DNA of 64,000 nucleotides from an uncultured Pseudobdellovibrionaceae bacterium (GCA_964603655.1 CAZRVZ010000045.1:790-64789), one strand, 5' to 3'; numbered from the stretch's first letter, positions 30,110-40,639 are shown. The notes: generated by a model from the sequence alone, not told the origin. Numbers and translations are program-made.

Positions 30110-31639
30110 TTACTCTTGATCCTTGCGAGGGATGGTCGTCGTGTCAGTTCCATCGGTTGAGCTAGCTATTGCGTCGGTTGCAATAGTCATTGCGTCGGCA
30201 CCGTCGGTCGCAGTAGCCACTGCGGCAGTTGCGGCGGTCGTTTCCTCAAGAGCAATACGATCGAGTGCTTCCTGTTTCTGAGTCTTTTCCTCGTGTGCCT
30301 TTACCTCCGCCTTAAGCCGTTCAAACACCTGATCCGCCGACAGTTTGGCGTTCATTTGGGCATTTCTCGCCGCCTCGGCCTGAATCTGTCGAAGTCGGGC
30401 CAATTCTCCCGAGGCAATAAATGCAGCCGCCCCCACTTTGAGCTCCTTGGCTTTTTCAGGCGTACAGCCGGGAACCTGACAAAGCGCCTCCACTTCGCCA
30501 GTCGATATCTGTTCAACTGAATAACCGTACTGGTAAAACGAAACGATAAGCGTATCATTCATTCCGGCAATTTTTGCGAGCAGTGACTTAGCGTCCTCTT
30601 TGCGTTTTGCCATCCTGGATTCGGACAGAATATCCAATTTCCAACCGGTCAGAATCGAGGCTAACTTGACATTCTGTCCTCGTTTTCCAATCGCAAGGCT
30701 CAATTGACTGTCACCCACCACTATCGCCATCGAGTGATTGTCTTCATCGATAACGACCTTTGTCACCTCGGCAGGCGCCAACGCGTTACACACAAATCGA
30801 GTCTCGTCTTCATCCCAAGGAACGATGTCGATCTTCTCGCCTCGAAGCTCCTGCACTACGTTTTGAACGCGAGCTCCCTTCACTCCAACACAGGCCCCCA
30901 CGGGATCTACGTCGGAGTCGGTCGAGGTCACCGCAATTTTCGCCCTAATGCCCGGCTCGCGGGCGGCCATTTTAATCTGAACAATATCCTCCGCAACTTC
31001 GGGTACCTCTTGACGGAAAAGCTGAATAAGAAGTTCACGACAGGTTCTAGACAACACGATCTTGGGGCCGCGAGGCGTCTGCTGGACATCGATCAGGTAG
31101 CCCAAAACCCTGTCACCGGGACGAAATGTCTCCCCGGGAATCTGCTCCCTGGCGGGGAGTATGGCGTCCGTTCTCCCCAAATCCACCACCACGCATCCCT
31201 TCTCGATTCTTCGACAGACACCACTCACCACTTCACCCTTACGGACATTAAATTCCTTAAAAATAATGTCGCGCTCTGCGTCACGCACCTTTTGAATAAT
31301 GACCTGCTTCGCCGTTTGAGCAGCAATCCTTCCAAATTCCGATGAGTTTAACTTAATGCCGATACTATCTCCGAGAGATGCATCGGGATCCAATACCTTC
31401 GCCTGCTCTTGGCCAACTTCAGTCTCGGCATTTCCAACGATGTCAACCACCGTTTTAAACTGGAATAGCTCAATTTCGCCCAACTCTTCATTGAAGTGGG
31501 CCTCAATTTCCCGCTCCAATCCAAATTTCTTTTGGGCGGCCACCAACATTGCTGATTCCAAAGCCTCAACAAGGATAGCTTTTCCAATGCCTTTATCTTT
31601 TTCTACCTGTTCCAACACCCTACCGAGTTCCGATGGCAC
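30110..31639 (-). CDS. nusA: transcription termination/antitermination factor NusA (with Ala/Thr-rich C-terminal tail)
   Basis: N-terminal domain, S1 and two KH domains. The C-terminal 40 aa are ATAAVATATDGADAMTIATDAIASSTDGTDTTTI. Confidence 0.9.
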   Translation of the reverse strand: MPSELGRVLEQVEKDKGIGKAILVEALESAMLVAAQKKFGLEREIEAHFNEELGEIELFQFKTVVDIVGNAETEVGQEQAKVLDPDASLGDSIGIKLNSSEFGRIAAQTAKQVIIQKVRDAERDIIFKEFNVRKGEVVSGVCRRIEKGCVVVDLGRTDAILPAREQIPGETFRPGDRVLGYLIDVQQTPRGPKIVLSRTCRELLIQLFRQEVPEVAEDIVQIKMAAREPGIRAKIAVTSTDSDVDPVGACVGVKGARVQNVVQELRGEKIDIVPWDEDETRFVCNALAPAEVTKVVIDEDNHSMAIVVGDSQLSLAIGKRGQNVKLASILTGWKLDILSESRMAKRKEDAKSLLAKIAGMNDTLIVSFYQYGYSVEQISTGEVEALCQVPGCTPEKAKELKVGAAAFIASGELARLRQIQAEAARNAQMNAKLSADQVFERLKAEVKAHEEKTQKQEALDRIALEETTAATAAVATATDGADAMTIATDAIASSTDGTDTTTIPRKDQE

Positions 31640-31640
31640 G

Positions 31641-32120
31641 TTACTCCTCCTTCCATACCAAATTTGCCCGTCGTATCGACTGCACGGGAATAATCATCGT
31701 TCGTCCGTCAAAACCAATCTCAACCAATCCATCGTCGACCTTCACAATGGCGCCGCGAACATTCGCTCGACCCTCTTGTGGTTCACATAATCGCAGCTTC
31801 GCCTCAGCGCCGATTTGACGTTTGAAATCGGATTCGGTTCTCAAACGCCTATCGAGACCCGGAGAGGACACTTCAAGATCAAAAGGTCCAACGAATTTTT
31901 CGCTCTCTAACATCTTTCCGATAACCCCACTGGCCACACTACAATCATCCAAGGTTGCGCCAGAACTTCCCACTCTCTCTACAAAAACACCGATGCGGCG
32001 GTGTCCGACCAGTACGCAATCGACATCAACCACCAACAATGACAGCGGGGAAAGCACATTTTCAATTAACCTAATCAGGCGATTTTCAACTTCGCTTTTT
32101 AAAATCGTCAACACAAACAA
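31641..32120 (-). CDS. rimP: ribosome maturation factor RimP
   Basis: Position at the 5' end of the nusA-infB operon. VSSPGLDRRL motif. TTG or GTG start. Confidence 0.8.
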   Translation of the reverse strand: MFVLTILKSEVENRLIRLIENVLSPLSLLVVDVDCVLVGHRRIGVFVERVGSSGATLDDCSVASGVIGKMLESEKFVGPFDLEVSSPGLDRRLRTESDFKRQIGAEAKLRLCEPQEGRANVRGAIVKVDDGLVEIGFDGRTMIIPVQSIRRANLVWKEE

Positions 32121-32141
32121 AAAAAGCGGGCTAATGCCCGC
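32109..32141 (-). terminator. hairpin + U-tract (mrcA terminator or rimP-nusA leader attenuator)
   Basis: Minus strand reads gcgggcATTAgcccgc followed by TTTTTTTgtttg. The stem is 6 bp, all GC. The U-tract runs straight into the rimP start codon. Confidence 0.4.
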
Positions 32142-32243
32142 TTCCTCCAGAGAACTACGACTCAGAGTAAGTAGCAGTAAATGCCCTGAAGCACAAGTTT
32201 TTTAGTTCGGTCTCTGTTTCAGTTCCGCGGTATCCGAAACAGT

Positions 32244-34871
32244 TTACTGAAAGTCCTGACGCATGAGTTCCTCGTTCTCCGGTATCGGGTTGCCTTCCGA
32301 TTGGGTCGATTTCGACTCATTCGGCGACATCGGTTCGGAGGTCTTCATTCCCGGCTCCCGAATGCGAAGCACATTCGTGCCATTTATTCCAGGCACGGTA
32401 CCCTCGCGAAATGCCACCCGCGTTCGCTTCTGGCTTTCCGGCCCAGCCAGTAGACCCGACGACCTGTCAATCTGGGCAAAGGCAATACCCTCGGGAATCT
32501 CAAACTCCTGCGCCGGGTAATCCTTGACTACTTTGGTCATGTAATCCGCCCAAATCGGCGCCGAGACCCGGCCACCTGATTCGCCAGGATCGAGCGCCTT
32601 GTCCTTATCGTAGCCAACCCACACTCCGGTTATCACCGTCGGTGTATAGCCAATGAACCAAGCGTCACGGTGATCATTTGAAGTTCCCGTCTTACCCGCA
32701 ATGGCGCCGCCTACGACTGCTGCTCGACTACCGGTCCCCTCCCGAATCACTCCCCTGAGCATATCCGTCATAATGTATGCGGTCTGGGGAGATACGCGAA
32801 TAGGAGCACTCGTTTCTGTCGGAGAGGAACTGGGAACTGGAACATTTTTCTCTTCGGTCACCTCTCTTGCAGATTCAATGACATTCGCCTCTAAAGTTTT
32901 TCCGGTTTCATCCTCAACTTTACGGATAAACTGCAACTTAATGCCCTCTCCGAGCCGAGGAAATACCGCAAAGCTCGACATCAGCTCCTCCAAACTGCTG
33001 GACCAAGAACCGAGCGCGATCGTCAACTCCCGGGGTAGCACGGCCGTGATTCCGAATGATCTGGCATATTGAATCCCATAATCAATGCCGATTTCATTTA
33101 AGATCTTTATCGTCGGAATATTGAGCGATCGGATGATCGCCTGTCTGAGCGGAATATCTCCCTCGAATTTGTCGGTATAATTATGGGGACGCCAGTCTTC
33201 GGCCTCCTCGATTTTTGCACCATCCTCAAAGCCAACATCTGATTTAAACACTATTGGAGAATCGGAAACTAGCGATGAGGGTGAGAACCCTTTCTCCAGC
33301 GCGGCCGCATAAATAAACGGTTTAAACGTGGAGCCAACCTGTCGTTTCGCGTGTAACGCACGATTGAATTCACTTTGCTGAAAATCGGTACCGCCGATCA
33401 TGGATCTCACATAGCCAGTCTCCAGATCAAACGAAAGCATTGCGCCTTGGATCTCCGGTTCCTGTTCCAACGCCACCGTTACCAATCCGGTCTTTCGATC
33501 AATTTTCTCAACCCTCACATCGATCACATCGCCATCCTTGAACAATTGAGCGAATGACTTCACCGGCTTTTCATTGATAAGCACCCATTCGATGCCAGAC
33601 AAACCCATCTCCGCCTTGGTTAAACCAATCTGCAAGATAGCCCTGTCCCCAGTCGCCGACCTAGAAACGATTACGGCCTTTTCCACTCCGCCCTCCTTGA
33701 GCGGCGTCGAGCCAAAATACCCCTGGCCCTGAAGGTCGCTCAGATCAAATGGCAGGCGACGTGTGGAGGCATCAATCGTCGGGGGAAAGAGCCTTCTGGG
33801 TACCGCGCGATCGAGCACCGCCTCGTGATATTGAGCGGAAAAGGTCTTAATGGCCTCGGCCCCAGCCAGATTCTGAAAAACACCCCGCCACCCCATGCGC
33901 TTGTCGACCTCTCTCAATCCCTTTTCAAGAACCGCTTCAGCATGTTTTTGATTATCGTATCGTACGGTTGTCTGGACCTTGAATCCCCGGTTAAGTACCG
34001 CTTCCGCGCCGTACCGATTCATTAGATAGATTCGCACATATTCCGTAAAATACGGAGCAGCCTTCGCATTGATCTCTTCAAGACGATACAACACGAGAGT
34101 TTCCGCCGCTGACCGGTTCCTCTCTTCATCAGTAATTATTTTTTCCTCGGCCATTCGCTTTAAAACGTACGCCTGTCGCGTTTTCGTCTGGTGAGGGGTT
34201 CGGAACGGATCCCATTCGGTAGGTCGCTGTGGCAGACCCGCTAGCATCGCTGCCTCGGCTATCGACAGCTGTTCCACTGTTTTGTTGAAATAATTCCGAG
34301 CTGCCGCCCCAATTCCAAAGGCCCCGTGTCCCAAATAGATTTCATCCAGGTACAATTTTAAAATCTCGTCCTTGGTGAGACTGCGCTCCATTTGCCAAGC
34401 AAGAACCATCTCCCGAATTTTTCGCGTGATTTCCTTTTTTCGAGTCTCAAGAAGAATACTGCGCGCGACCTGTTGGGTAATGGTACTTCCGCCCTGGGCG
34501 TACCTGCCCTTTAACACGTTTGACATTACCGCTCGAGCAATGCCCGCCAAGTCAATGCCGCCATGTCTAAAAAAATTGGAGTCCTCTGCAGCAACAAATG
34601 CCAGTTTGACATGCATCGGAACCTTATCGAACGCAATGGGGTAGCGCCGCTGCGATGTAAACTCTCCTATTTTAATACCCTCTTCTGAAAAGACCTCGGT
34701 CGAGCGCGAATGGTGGTAGTTTTTTAATTGAGAGACGTCGGGTAACCCCCTCAGGGCCAAAAATAGAAAAAGTGAGCCACCGCCAAATCCGATAAACGCT
34801 AACGCCACGATCCCAACCGAGAACGTTTTTAAAAGCCCACGGACCATGGTGATGAATGGATACATAGACAA
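32244..34871 (-). CDS. mrcA: class A penicillin-binding protein 1A (transglycosylase/transpeptidase)
   Basis: N-terminal TM anchor. Glycosyltransferase-51 motifs (EDSNFFRHGGID). Transpeptidase STFKPF, SxN and KTG motifs. Confidence 0.85.
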   Translation of the reverse strand: MSMYPFITMVRGLLKTFSVGIVALAFIGFGGGSLFLFLALRGLPDVSQLKNYHHSRSTEVFSEEGIKIGEFTSQRRYPIAFDKVPMHVKLAFVAAEDSNFFRHGGIDLAGIARAVMSNVLKGRYAQGGSTITQQVARSILLETRKKEITRKIREMVLAWQMERSLTKDEILKLYLDEIYLGHGAFGIGAAARNYFNKTVEQLSIAEAAMLAGLPQRPTEWDPFRTPHQTKTRQAYVLKRMAEEKIITDEERNRSAAETLVLYRLEEINAKAAPYFTEYVRIYLMNRYGAEAVLNRGFKVQTTVRYDNQKHAEAVLEKGLREVDKRMGWRGVFQNLAGAEAIKTFSAQYHEAVLDRAVPRRLFPPTIDASTRRLPFDLSDLQGQGYFGSTPLKEGGVEKAVIVSRSATGDRAILQIGLTKAEMGLSGIEWVLINEKPVKSFAQLFKDGDVIDVRVEKIDRKTGLVTVALEQEPEIQGAMLSFDLETGYVRSMIGGTDFQQSEFNRALHAKRQVGSTFKPFIYAAALEKGFSPSSLVSDSPIVFKSDVGFEDGAKIEEAEDWRPHNYTDKFEGDIPLRQAIIRSLNIPTIKILNEIGIDYGIQYARSFGITAVLPRELTIALGSWSSSLEELMSSFAVFPRLGEGIKLQFIRKVEDETGKTLEANVIESAREVTEEKNVPVPSSSPTETSAPIRVSPQTAYIMTDMLRGVIREGTGSRAAVVGGAIAGKTGTSNDHRDAWFIGYTPTVITGVWVGYDKDKALDPGESGGRVSAPIWADYMTKVVKDYPAQEFEIPEGIAFAQIDRSSGLLAGPESQKRTRVAFREGTVPGINGTNVLRIREPGMKTSEPMSPNESKSTQSEGNPIPENEELMRQDFQ

Positions 34872-34935
34872 ATTAGATTAGCACCAATTTCAGTTCGCTT
34901 CTTGACGAAAACATTCTCGCAACTATCATAAAAAC

Positions 34936-35124
34936 ATGAAAAAAGTCCACTCACCTCAAGAACTTAGCGTCGTTCCGGTTACCGTGAATCTCAAGTCGTA
35001 TATCTTGAGAGACCTCAAGGCTATGGAAAAAAACACCAAAAAATCGGTGGATGATCTCGTTACCACCGCGTTACTCATGTTTATCGCAACGCATAATGAT
35101 TTTCTGGGCAGGCCGAGGTCTTGA
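34936..35124 (+). CDS. small ribbon-helix-helix-like protein (possible regulator)
   Basis: 62 aa. VTVNLKSYILRDLKAMEKNTKKSVDDLVTTALLMFI fits a beta-strand then helix-turn-helix (CopG/ParD) pattern. It sits at the island boundary. Confidence 0.3.
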   Translation: MKKVHSPQELSVVPVTVNLKSYILRDLKAMEKNTKKSVDDLVTTALLMFIATHNDFLGRPRS

Positions 35125-36732
35125 TTACTTTTTCGGAACGAAATTAAACCCTTTGCTCTCCCCGTTGCTCTCCCCGTTGTTCTCCCCGTTGCTCTCCCCG
35201 TTGCTCTCATAGATCTCATCAGTCTCTTGAGGCTGCTGCGACTGAGGCTCCGCCACCCGAGACTCAGCAACGGGCAATTGACCAAAAAGCTGCCCCCCGC
35301 TGACTACCAAATCGGGAATAATCTCCTCTTCCCAGCGCTCCAGAGGAATACGGTCGAGTCCAGGGTTTTCCTTGCGACTAAGACTAACCATCTTCGTGAA
35401 GAAACGCTCCAAAAACTCGTCAGACAACAAATCTTTTCCACGCTCCCTGAGTCCGAGCGATTTTCCTTCGCTCTCGAGCTCCAGGAGACTTAATAGCGCA
35501 ACCCCAGACACTATTTGGAGACTGGCCTGCTGGAGTCCGTTCTGAAATGTCTGCCCGTTCTTTTCCATGGCAAATGGACACTGGTAAAATCTCAGGCGGG
35601 GGTGGCTTCTCCATGCGGCGATAAACATGGATAAAAGCGGTTTTGGAAGTAGATCGGCCATCGTTGAAATATAAACTTCGCGGTGTTTCTGGCGAACGGC
35701 TTCACCCTGTTCGAGACGGGTTTCCTGAGCCAGCTGGGCATCGTAATACCGTGAAATCGCGATACTCGTGACCGGAATGGCAAGGAGTAATGCCGGCAAT
35801 GAGGCTCGTCGCCAATATTTACCGGTACGGGTGATCGAACGTGCCGCAGAGCTTTTGACGTTTCGAATTGCACTTAGAGTCAATTCGAGGTGCAGCGCGC
35901 GCGCCCCGGGCGTGGACCCGATTTTGATCGTCTGTCCCTCACCAACAGGAAGGTAGTCAACAATTCCACCGGCATCCTTAAAAATGGCATCCGTACTTTT
36001 CGGGTGCGGAATCTGGCGCCGACTCGCGGCCTTGACTATCTCCCCGACGCGCTGGGTTTCCATGGCGCTTCGCAGATTCTCATAAGCGTTCGAATGAAGC
36101 TCCATCGCTCTTTCAATCGTAGGGCGACCACTCGTTGCGTCCCCGGGTGAATCGACACCCGAAGCGATATCCGCTCCAAGCTTTAGGGCCTTACCTCTCA
36201 CCGACGAACTGATACGGTCCGATTGCAGCCATACATCCAACTCATCTTTCGACAGCTGCGTCAGCGCCGCGGCAAGTCCCTTCTCTGCCCGGATCCAGTC
36301 CTTATAAAGATCCACAAATTTCGTTGGTTTTGAACCCGCCTCTCCGACGCTTTTAAAATCGAAGGAATTTGTCGCTAAATCTTTCAACGTCGCGATCTCA
36401 TGATTCCATACCGCGACATTCATGCGCATCCGGCGCCACGCAATTGCGTACACAATCATCTCCAGTGCGCCCGCGGACACTCCCATGTAAAAGGACTGCG
36501 GGTCTTTCCACGCAAACTGCAAAAACTCCGTAGGAATGCTCGTCCATTTCGATTTGTTATCGGACACCACGGCCCGTCTCTCGGCGATTTTATTGCGTTC
36601 CATCTCAATGGACTGGTGCAATCGATTCAGTTCGGTAAGCAGGCTCTCGCTCTGCTGTGACGAAGTGTCTTCACACACCGATAGAGACCCCAGACAACCC
36701 ACAAGAACCCAAGCTGTCAGTCGACTGCGCAT
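35125..36732 (-). CDS. secreted hypothetical protein with internal hydrophobic segment and C-terminal (SNGE)n repeats
   Basis: Signal peptide MRSRLTAWVLVGCLGSLSV. Hydrophobic stretch ASLPALLLAIPVTSIAI. C-terminus ESNGESNGENNGESNGESKG. Confidence 0.5.
   Translation of the reverse strand: MRSRLTAWVLVGCLGSLSVCEDTSSQQSESLLTELNRLHQSIEMERNKIAERRAVVSDNKSKWTSIPTEFLQFAWKDPQSFYMGVSAGALEMIVYAIAWRRMRMNVAVWNHEIATLKDLATNSFDFKSVGEAGSKPTKFVDLYKDWIRAEKGLAAALTQLSKDELDVWLQSDRISSSVRGKALKLGADIASGVDSPGDATSGRPTIERAMELHSNAYENLRSAMETQRVGEIVKAASRRQIPHPKSTDAIFKDAGGIVDYLPVGEGQTIKIGSTPGARALHLELTLSAIRNVKSSAARSITRTGKYWRRASLPALLLAIPVTSIAISRYYDAQLAQETRLEQGEAVRQKHREVYISTMADLLPKPLLSMFIAAWRSHPRLRFYQCPFAMEKNGQTFQNGLQQASLQIVSGVALLSLLELESEGKSLGLRERGKDLLSDEFLERFFTKMVSLSRKENPGLDRIPLERWEEEIIPDLVVSGGQLFGQLPVAESRVAEPQSQQPQETDEIYESNGESNGENNGESNGESKGFNFVPKK
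35153..35208. repeat. 12-bp tandem repeat (about 4.7 copies, ttgctctccccg)
   Basis: Direct repeats seen in the sequence. They encode the SNGE repeats at the 3' end of the 535-aa gene. Confidence 0.8.
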
Positions 36733-36870
36733 CTTTAAAACCCCAAAAAAAGACGTGTTGAGAACTCGGGTTTTATCCTGTTTTCTCCCGTTGATTCAAT
36801 GGGTTTGCAGTCAATGTATTGATTTACCAAACCTTTTTTTGCTAAAACTCTCTTCGCCCAAACAATCACC

Positions 36871-39800
36871 ATGTACCGAAACCCTATCATTTCAATGTTC
36901 ATTTTCGTCTGGGTATTGTTTTTCTGGGCACTACCGAGCCTAGCCGCCGACTCGCCTGTCGCGGAGCAGATTGCCCGCATGGAATCGCAGGTCGCAGAGT
37001 TGCAAAGGCGAATGCCGGTCACGGAGTCCGAGCGCAAGACCATAACCGGTTTGGCCGAAACGGGAATCACGCAATCGGCGAACCTGCAGGCGCAACTCGT
37101 GAAAGAGTGGGACGGGTTTCTGATTCGGCTCCGAGTTCCGGATAATGAGCGGACCGAGTTTAATAAACTGTTTAGCTCCGACGCGGCAGATTCAGGCCAT
37201 CTGGCAGCCTTTCCGGGTACCATCACGCTCCTCAGAGCCCATGTACTTCAAGGAAATCAAGCGCCGATGCAGATGGGACTCGAGCTGATGGTCGCTGGTC
37301 TTCGCATGACCCATTACCGGCTCGTTTGTTTTCACGCCCTGCAATCCGCTACTGCGAGTCCACCCATCCCGCTCGCTGATTTCGATAAGCTACTTCTTTC
37401 GCATTATAGCCAGCTCGCTCTTCTTTTCTCGCTGTACCCGGAATTCCCGGAAATTCTTATGGGTGCTCTCAGAAATAAAACAAACCAGCTGGACTTTTCA
37501 AAACTCATTCCCCTTCTAAATATTTTTTCTACTGGCCCACCCATGACAACCCTGCCGGCGGAATTCGCTGGGCCTGGTAAATTCAGTGCGACTAAGTTGG
37601 CCAACCTACTTGGTATTGGTGAAGGTACTCTGAAGGGCGTGCTCAATGCCGTCGCCACCGCTGAAATAACCACCCAGGAGTTGGAGCACTATCACCTCAC
37701 CCATTATCCACAGTCGGCAAAGCAGGAGGTTCTTGAACACCTGGCGGTCGTGCTCAGGAATGTTCCAGGGCTTCGTGAATGTGTGAATCTCACGAAGTCA
37801 TTTTCAGATAGCCAATCCAAGCCCACAAGCTACAGCGATTTCGAAGGAGCGCCCTGTGATTTCAAGGCTTACGAGGGTGCACTTCGGCGCTATGTTGGTT
37901 TTTACCGCGCCAATCAGGGGACAACGCTCCTTCCAACACTCGAGGATTTCTTTAAGACTTCAGCCGATAATTTTCGAACTCAGAGCGAGATGCGTGACGC
38001 GCTTGGGTCCCATATTTTAACCGACGCAACTGATGACTTTAAAAAACAATGGCCAGCCATCGAAGATCGAATCTTTCAAAACCCCGATACCATTGAACGC
38101 TGGAAAACAACCGACGCTCTTACGCTCACACGGGATCTTAAGGATGTACTATCCAATTCTGGCATTCAGATACAGGAAGGCTTAGACATCAATTACTCCG
38201 AAAACCTCAACCAGGCCGAACATCTCGTTTCCAACCTTAAAAACATGGACACCAACGCCCGCACTTCAGCCGGTGAAATTGTGTCGATAGACTCCCAAAC
38301 GCCCTGCGAGACATTTTTGAGAAAAGACCGATCCGATAATCGGGTCATCCAGACCGTTCGCCAAGCCGAGAGCTACCCGAGCGCCGAGGAGTCTAGCCAC
38401 GGCTTTGCTCGGCTGGTCCGACTTTTTGAGGTAAAGCTTTCTAATCTAGCGACTATTCAAAACCCAGAGACGGTTCACGTCACACTGGCCGGACTCCTAG
38501 GGCAGACCATTCGCGCGCAATTACTGACCAATTACGTTCAGACACAACTCCTCTTGGGAGCTCGATTAAACCGGGACCTGAAACTTCCGCGATCGCCATT
38601 TATTCAATTGATGGAAAATCGATACGGGTACTTGAGCGCCGAGGCGATTATGGCTCAGGCAGCTGACGTTGGAGCCACGGTCATAGGTGATCCCTTTCGC
38701 AAAGACTTTCGCACCAAATTATTGAGCGCGGCAAACCAAATACAAAAACTCGACGCTCTGATCACAAGGCTTAATACCCGCGCTGAGGCTGCGCGCATGG
38801 CCCCGCCCGGACTTTCAAAGATCCTAAATATTCCACCTGAGTTTACAGGTGAGACGGATAAGAGTCAGGCGAGCCAGATGAATCAGGCCCTCATCGACCT
38901 AGCAGGTTATGTTCGGTGGGATTTTGTCGAACGCCACAGCCCCGGTAAAACCATCCATGCACTCCGAAAAATCAATTCTGCCACGCGCCTATCGATTGAT
39001 CAGTTCAAGGAACAGATCGATTGGTACTCGGGCATTGAAAACGGGCGTGTCACTCGCCCCCCTCGTTACACCGATTTTATAGGTCGAGAAGAGCTGGACA
39101 TACTTCAAAAACACCCCGTGCTCCAGGGCATGCTCATCAATCATGTCGACGCTATCATGGATGGCCCCAGAGATTATGCCGTCTGGACACGCGACCTACT
39201 CATTTCCAGGTACCCAATGCTCACTCATGTCGATGCCTCTTCGGGCCGTAAAACCGACCTCTGGAGAAACTATCGGGACCAGGATTTTGATAAAACCCTA
39301 ACAAGCCATCTGACCATGATTCAAAAGACGCTGACCCTCTTTCTCGCTGAGACGGATCTGGATACGTTTTTTAATTCGGCGATTCATAACGGAGCCCTTC
39401 TGGATTATGTGCTCCGCAGGCACCCCGATCAGAAACTGGCTAGTTGCACTGAACAACGCAGGGTCGAGGCAATTCGACTGCGCAATGAACGCATCGTGAC
39501 TGGCCTTAGTTCGCTCGCGCTAAGTTTAAGTTTAATTCCCGAGGTGGGTCCAGCGGCCGCGTTTATTCCCGGTGTTATCGCCGTAGGAATTACCGCCTCG
39601 GAAAACTCGAAGGCCAGAATGGCCGCAGCGCAGTCCCATGCCTACCAAATCGCTTCACTCGCTCAGCGATCCGATTCGGACCGCGCGCTGGACCCGGTCT
39701 ATCAGCGAAAACTGGAGGATCAGTATTTGGTTGCTCAGGTGGAGCATGTGCTCAGTATCGTAGGACTTGCCAGCGCCGGCACCATCCGCTTCTCCCGAAT

Positions 39801-40605
39801 GGCGAAGTTGTTAGGGTCTTTCGAACGTGCCATGCAGTTCAACCGGCTAAGGACAGTTCGTTTCTTTCGGGGCTGGAGGGCTACAAGCGCCGCACCATGG
39901 GTAAAGTCACTCGCGAGTTCAGGCACCAGGCTGCCCGCATTGCGCTTCGGATTAAGAGTTTTCGACATCACAAAACGATCAGGCCAAACCGCCCGTGACT
40001 TTTTCTTTTACCCCTTTCACCGTCTGGGGTTGACCGCACCCTTCGGCTCCAACTGGCGACTGCTTTCTCAATTGAATCCGGGATTATCTCGTACAAAGCG
40101 GGTTTCGATTCGACTCTGGCATTCGGTGGAGGACGGATCTCATATCATCGGTAATCTGCCACTCAGTCCCATAGGCCTACAATTTGGATCGGGTACCGCA
40201 GGGCTGTATCTGCAAGGTTATACTCTCTACGAACTCGGCAACTGGGGCTTTCAGACGTGGAGGGCCTACCAAGCCGCCGCCCGAGAGCTGGTCGTTGCAC
40301 GACTGCACGAAACGCTCCACTCAGAGCAGCCCAATTCTGAGTATATCGATCTTATCGATGCGGTTTACTCGGGCTCACTCACGGTCGAGGAGGCGGCTCG
40401 AGTAATCGAAACCAGCAGAAGTTTTGGGTTTGAAGAGGCGTTGACCGATGTGGTGAAGTCAAATGGCGCCATTGAAGCTCGAAACTCACTAGATTCCGCC
40501 AGAAAGGCTCTAGAATCACAACCAAAGTCGCCCGATCCAATTCACGAATATGCAAAGGCTCGTGCGCTCACACAGATGAGAAAAATCCTCGACCAAATCC
40601 ACTAG
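36871..40605 (+). CDS. large secreted hypothetical protein (1244 aa) with bilobed hydrophobic segment
   Basis: Signal peptide MYRNPIISMFIFVWVLFFWALPSLAADS. No recognisable catalytic domain. Hydrophobic pair LALSLSLIPEVGPAAAFIPGVIAVGITA near aa 870. Isolated HETLH near the C-terminus. Confidence 0.6.
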   Translation: MYRNPIISMFIFVWVLFFWALPSLAADSPVAEQIARMESQVAELQRRMPVTESERKTITGLAETGITQSANLQAQLVKEWDGFLIRLRVPDNERTEFNKLFSSDAADSGHLAAFPGTITLLRAHVLQGNQAPMQMGLELMVAGLRMTHYRLVCFHALQSATASPPIPLADFDKLLLSHYSQLALLFSLYPEFPEILMGALRNKTNQLDFSKLIPLLNIFSTGPPMTTLPAEFAGPGKFSATKLANLLGIGEGTLKGVLNAVATAEITTQELEHYHLTHYPQSAKQEVLEHLAVVLRNVPGLRECVNLTKSFSDSQSKPTSYSDFEGAPCDFKAYEGALRRYVGFYRANQGTTLLPTLEDFFKTSADNFRTQSEMRDALGSHILTDATDDFKKQWPAIEDRIFQNPDTIERWKTTDALTLTRDLKDVLSNSGIQIQEGLDINYSENLNQAEHLVSNLKNMDTNARTSAGEIVSIDSQTPCETFLRKDRSDNRVIQTVRQAESYPSAEESSHGFARLVRLFEVKLSNLATIQNPETVHVTLAGLLGQTIRAQLLTNYVQTQLLLGARLNRDLKLPRSPFIQLMENRYGYLSAEAIMAQAADVGATVIGDPFRKDFRTKLLSAANQIQKLDALITRLNTRAEAARMAPPGLSKILNIPPEFTGETDKSQASQMNQALIDLAGYVRWDFVERHSPGKTIHALRKINSATRLSIDQFKEQIDWYSGIENGRVTRPPRYTDFIGREELDILQKHPVLQGMLINHVDAIMDGPRDYAVWTRDLLISRYPMLTHVDASSGRKTDLWRNYRDQDFDKTLTSHLTMIQKTLTLFLAETDLDTFFNSAIHNGALLDYVLRRHPDQKLASCTEQRRVEAIRLRNERIVTGLSSLALSLSLIPEVGPAAAFIPGVIAVGITASENSKARMAAAQSHAYQIASLAQRSDSDRALDPVYQRKLEDQYLVAQVEHVLSIVGLASAGTIRFSRMAKLLGSFERAMQFNRLRTVRFFRGWRATSAAPWVKSLASSGTRLPALRFGLRVFDITKRSGQTARDFFFYPFHRLGLTAPFGSNWRLLSQLNPGLSRTKRVSIRLWHSVEDGSHIIGNLPLSPIGLQFGSGTAGLYLQGYTLYELGNWGFQTWRAYQAAARELVVARLHETLHSEQPNSEYIDLIDAVYSGSLTVEEAARVIETSRSFGFEEALTDVVKSNGAIEARNSLDSARKALESQPKSPDPIHEYAKARALTQMRKILDQIH

Positions 40606-40639
40606 AGTCACGCGCCACACTTTGAGTTAAACTATTTTT

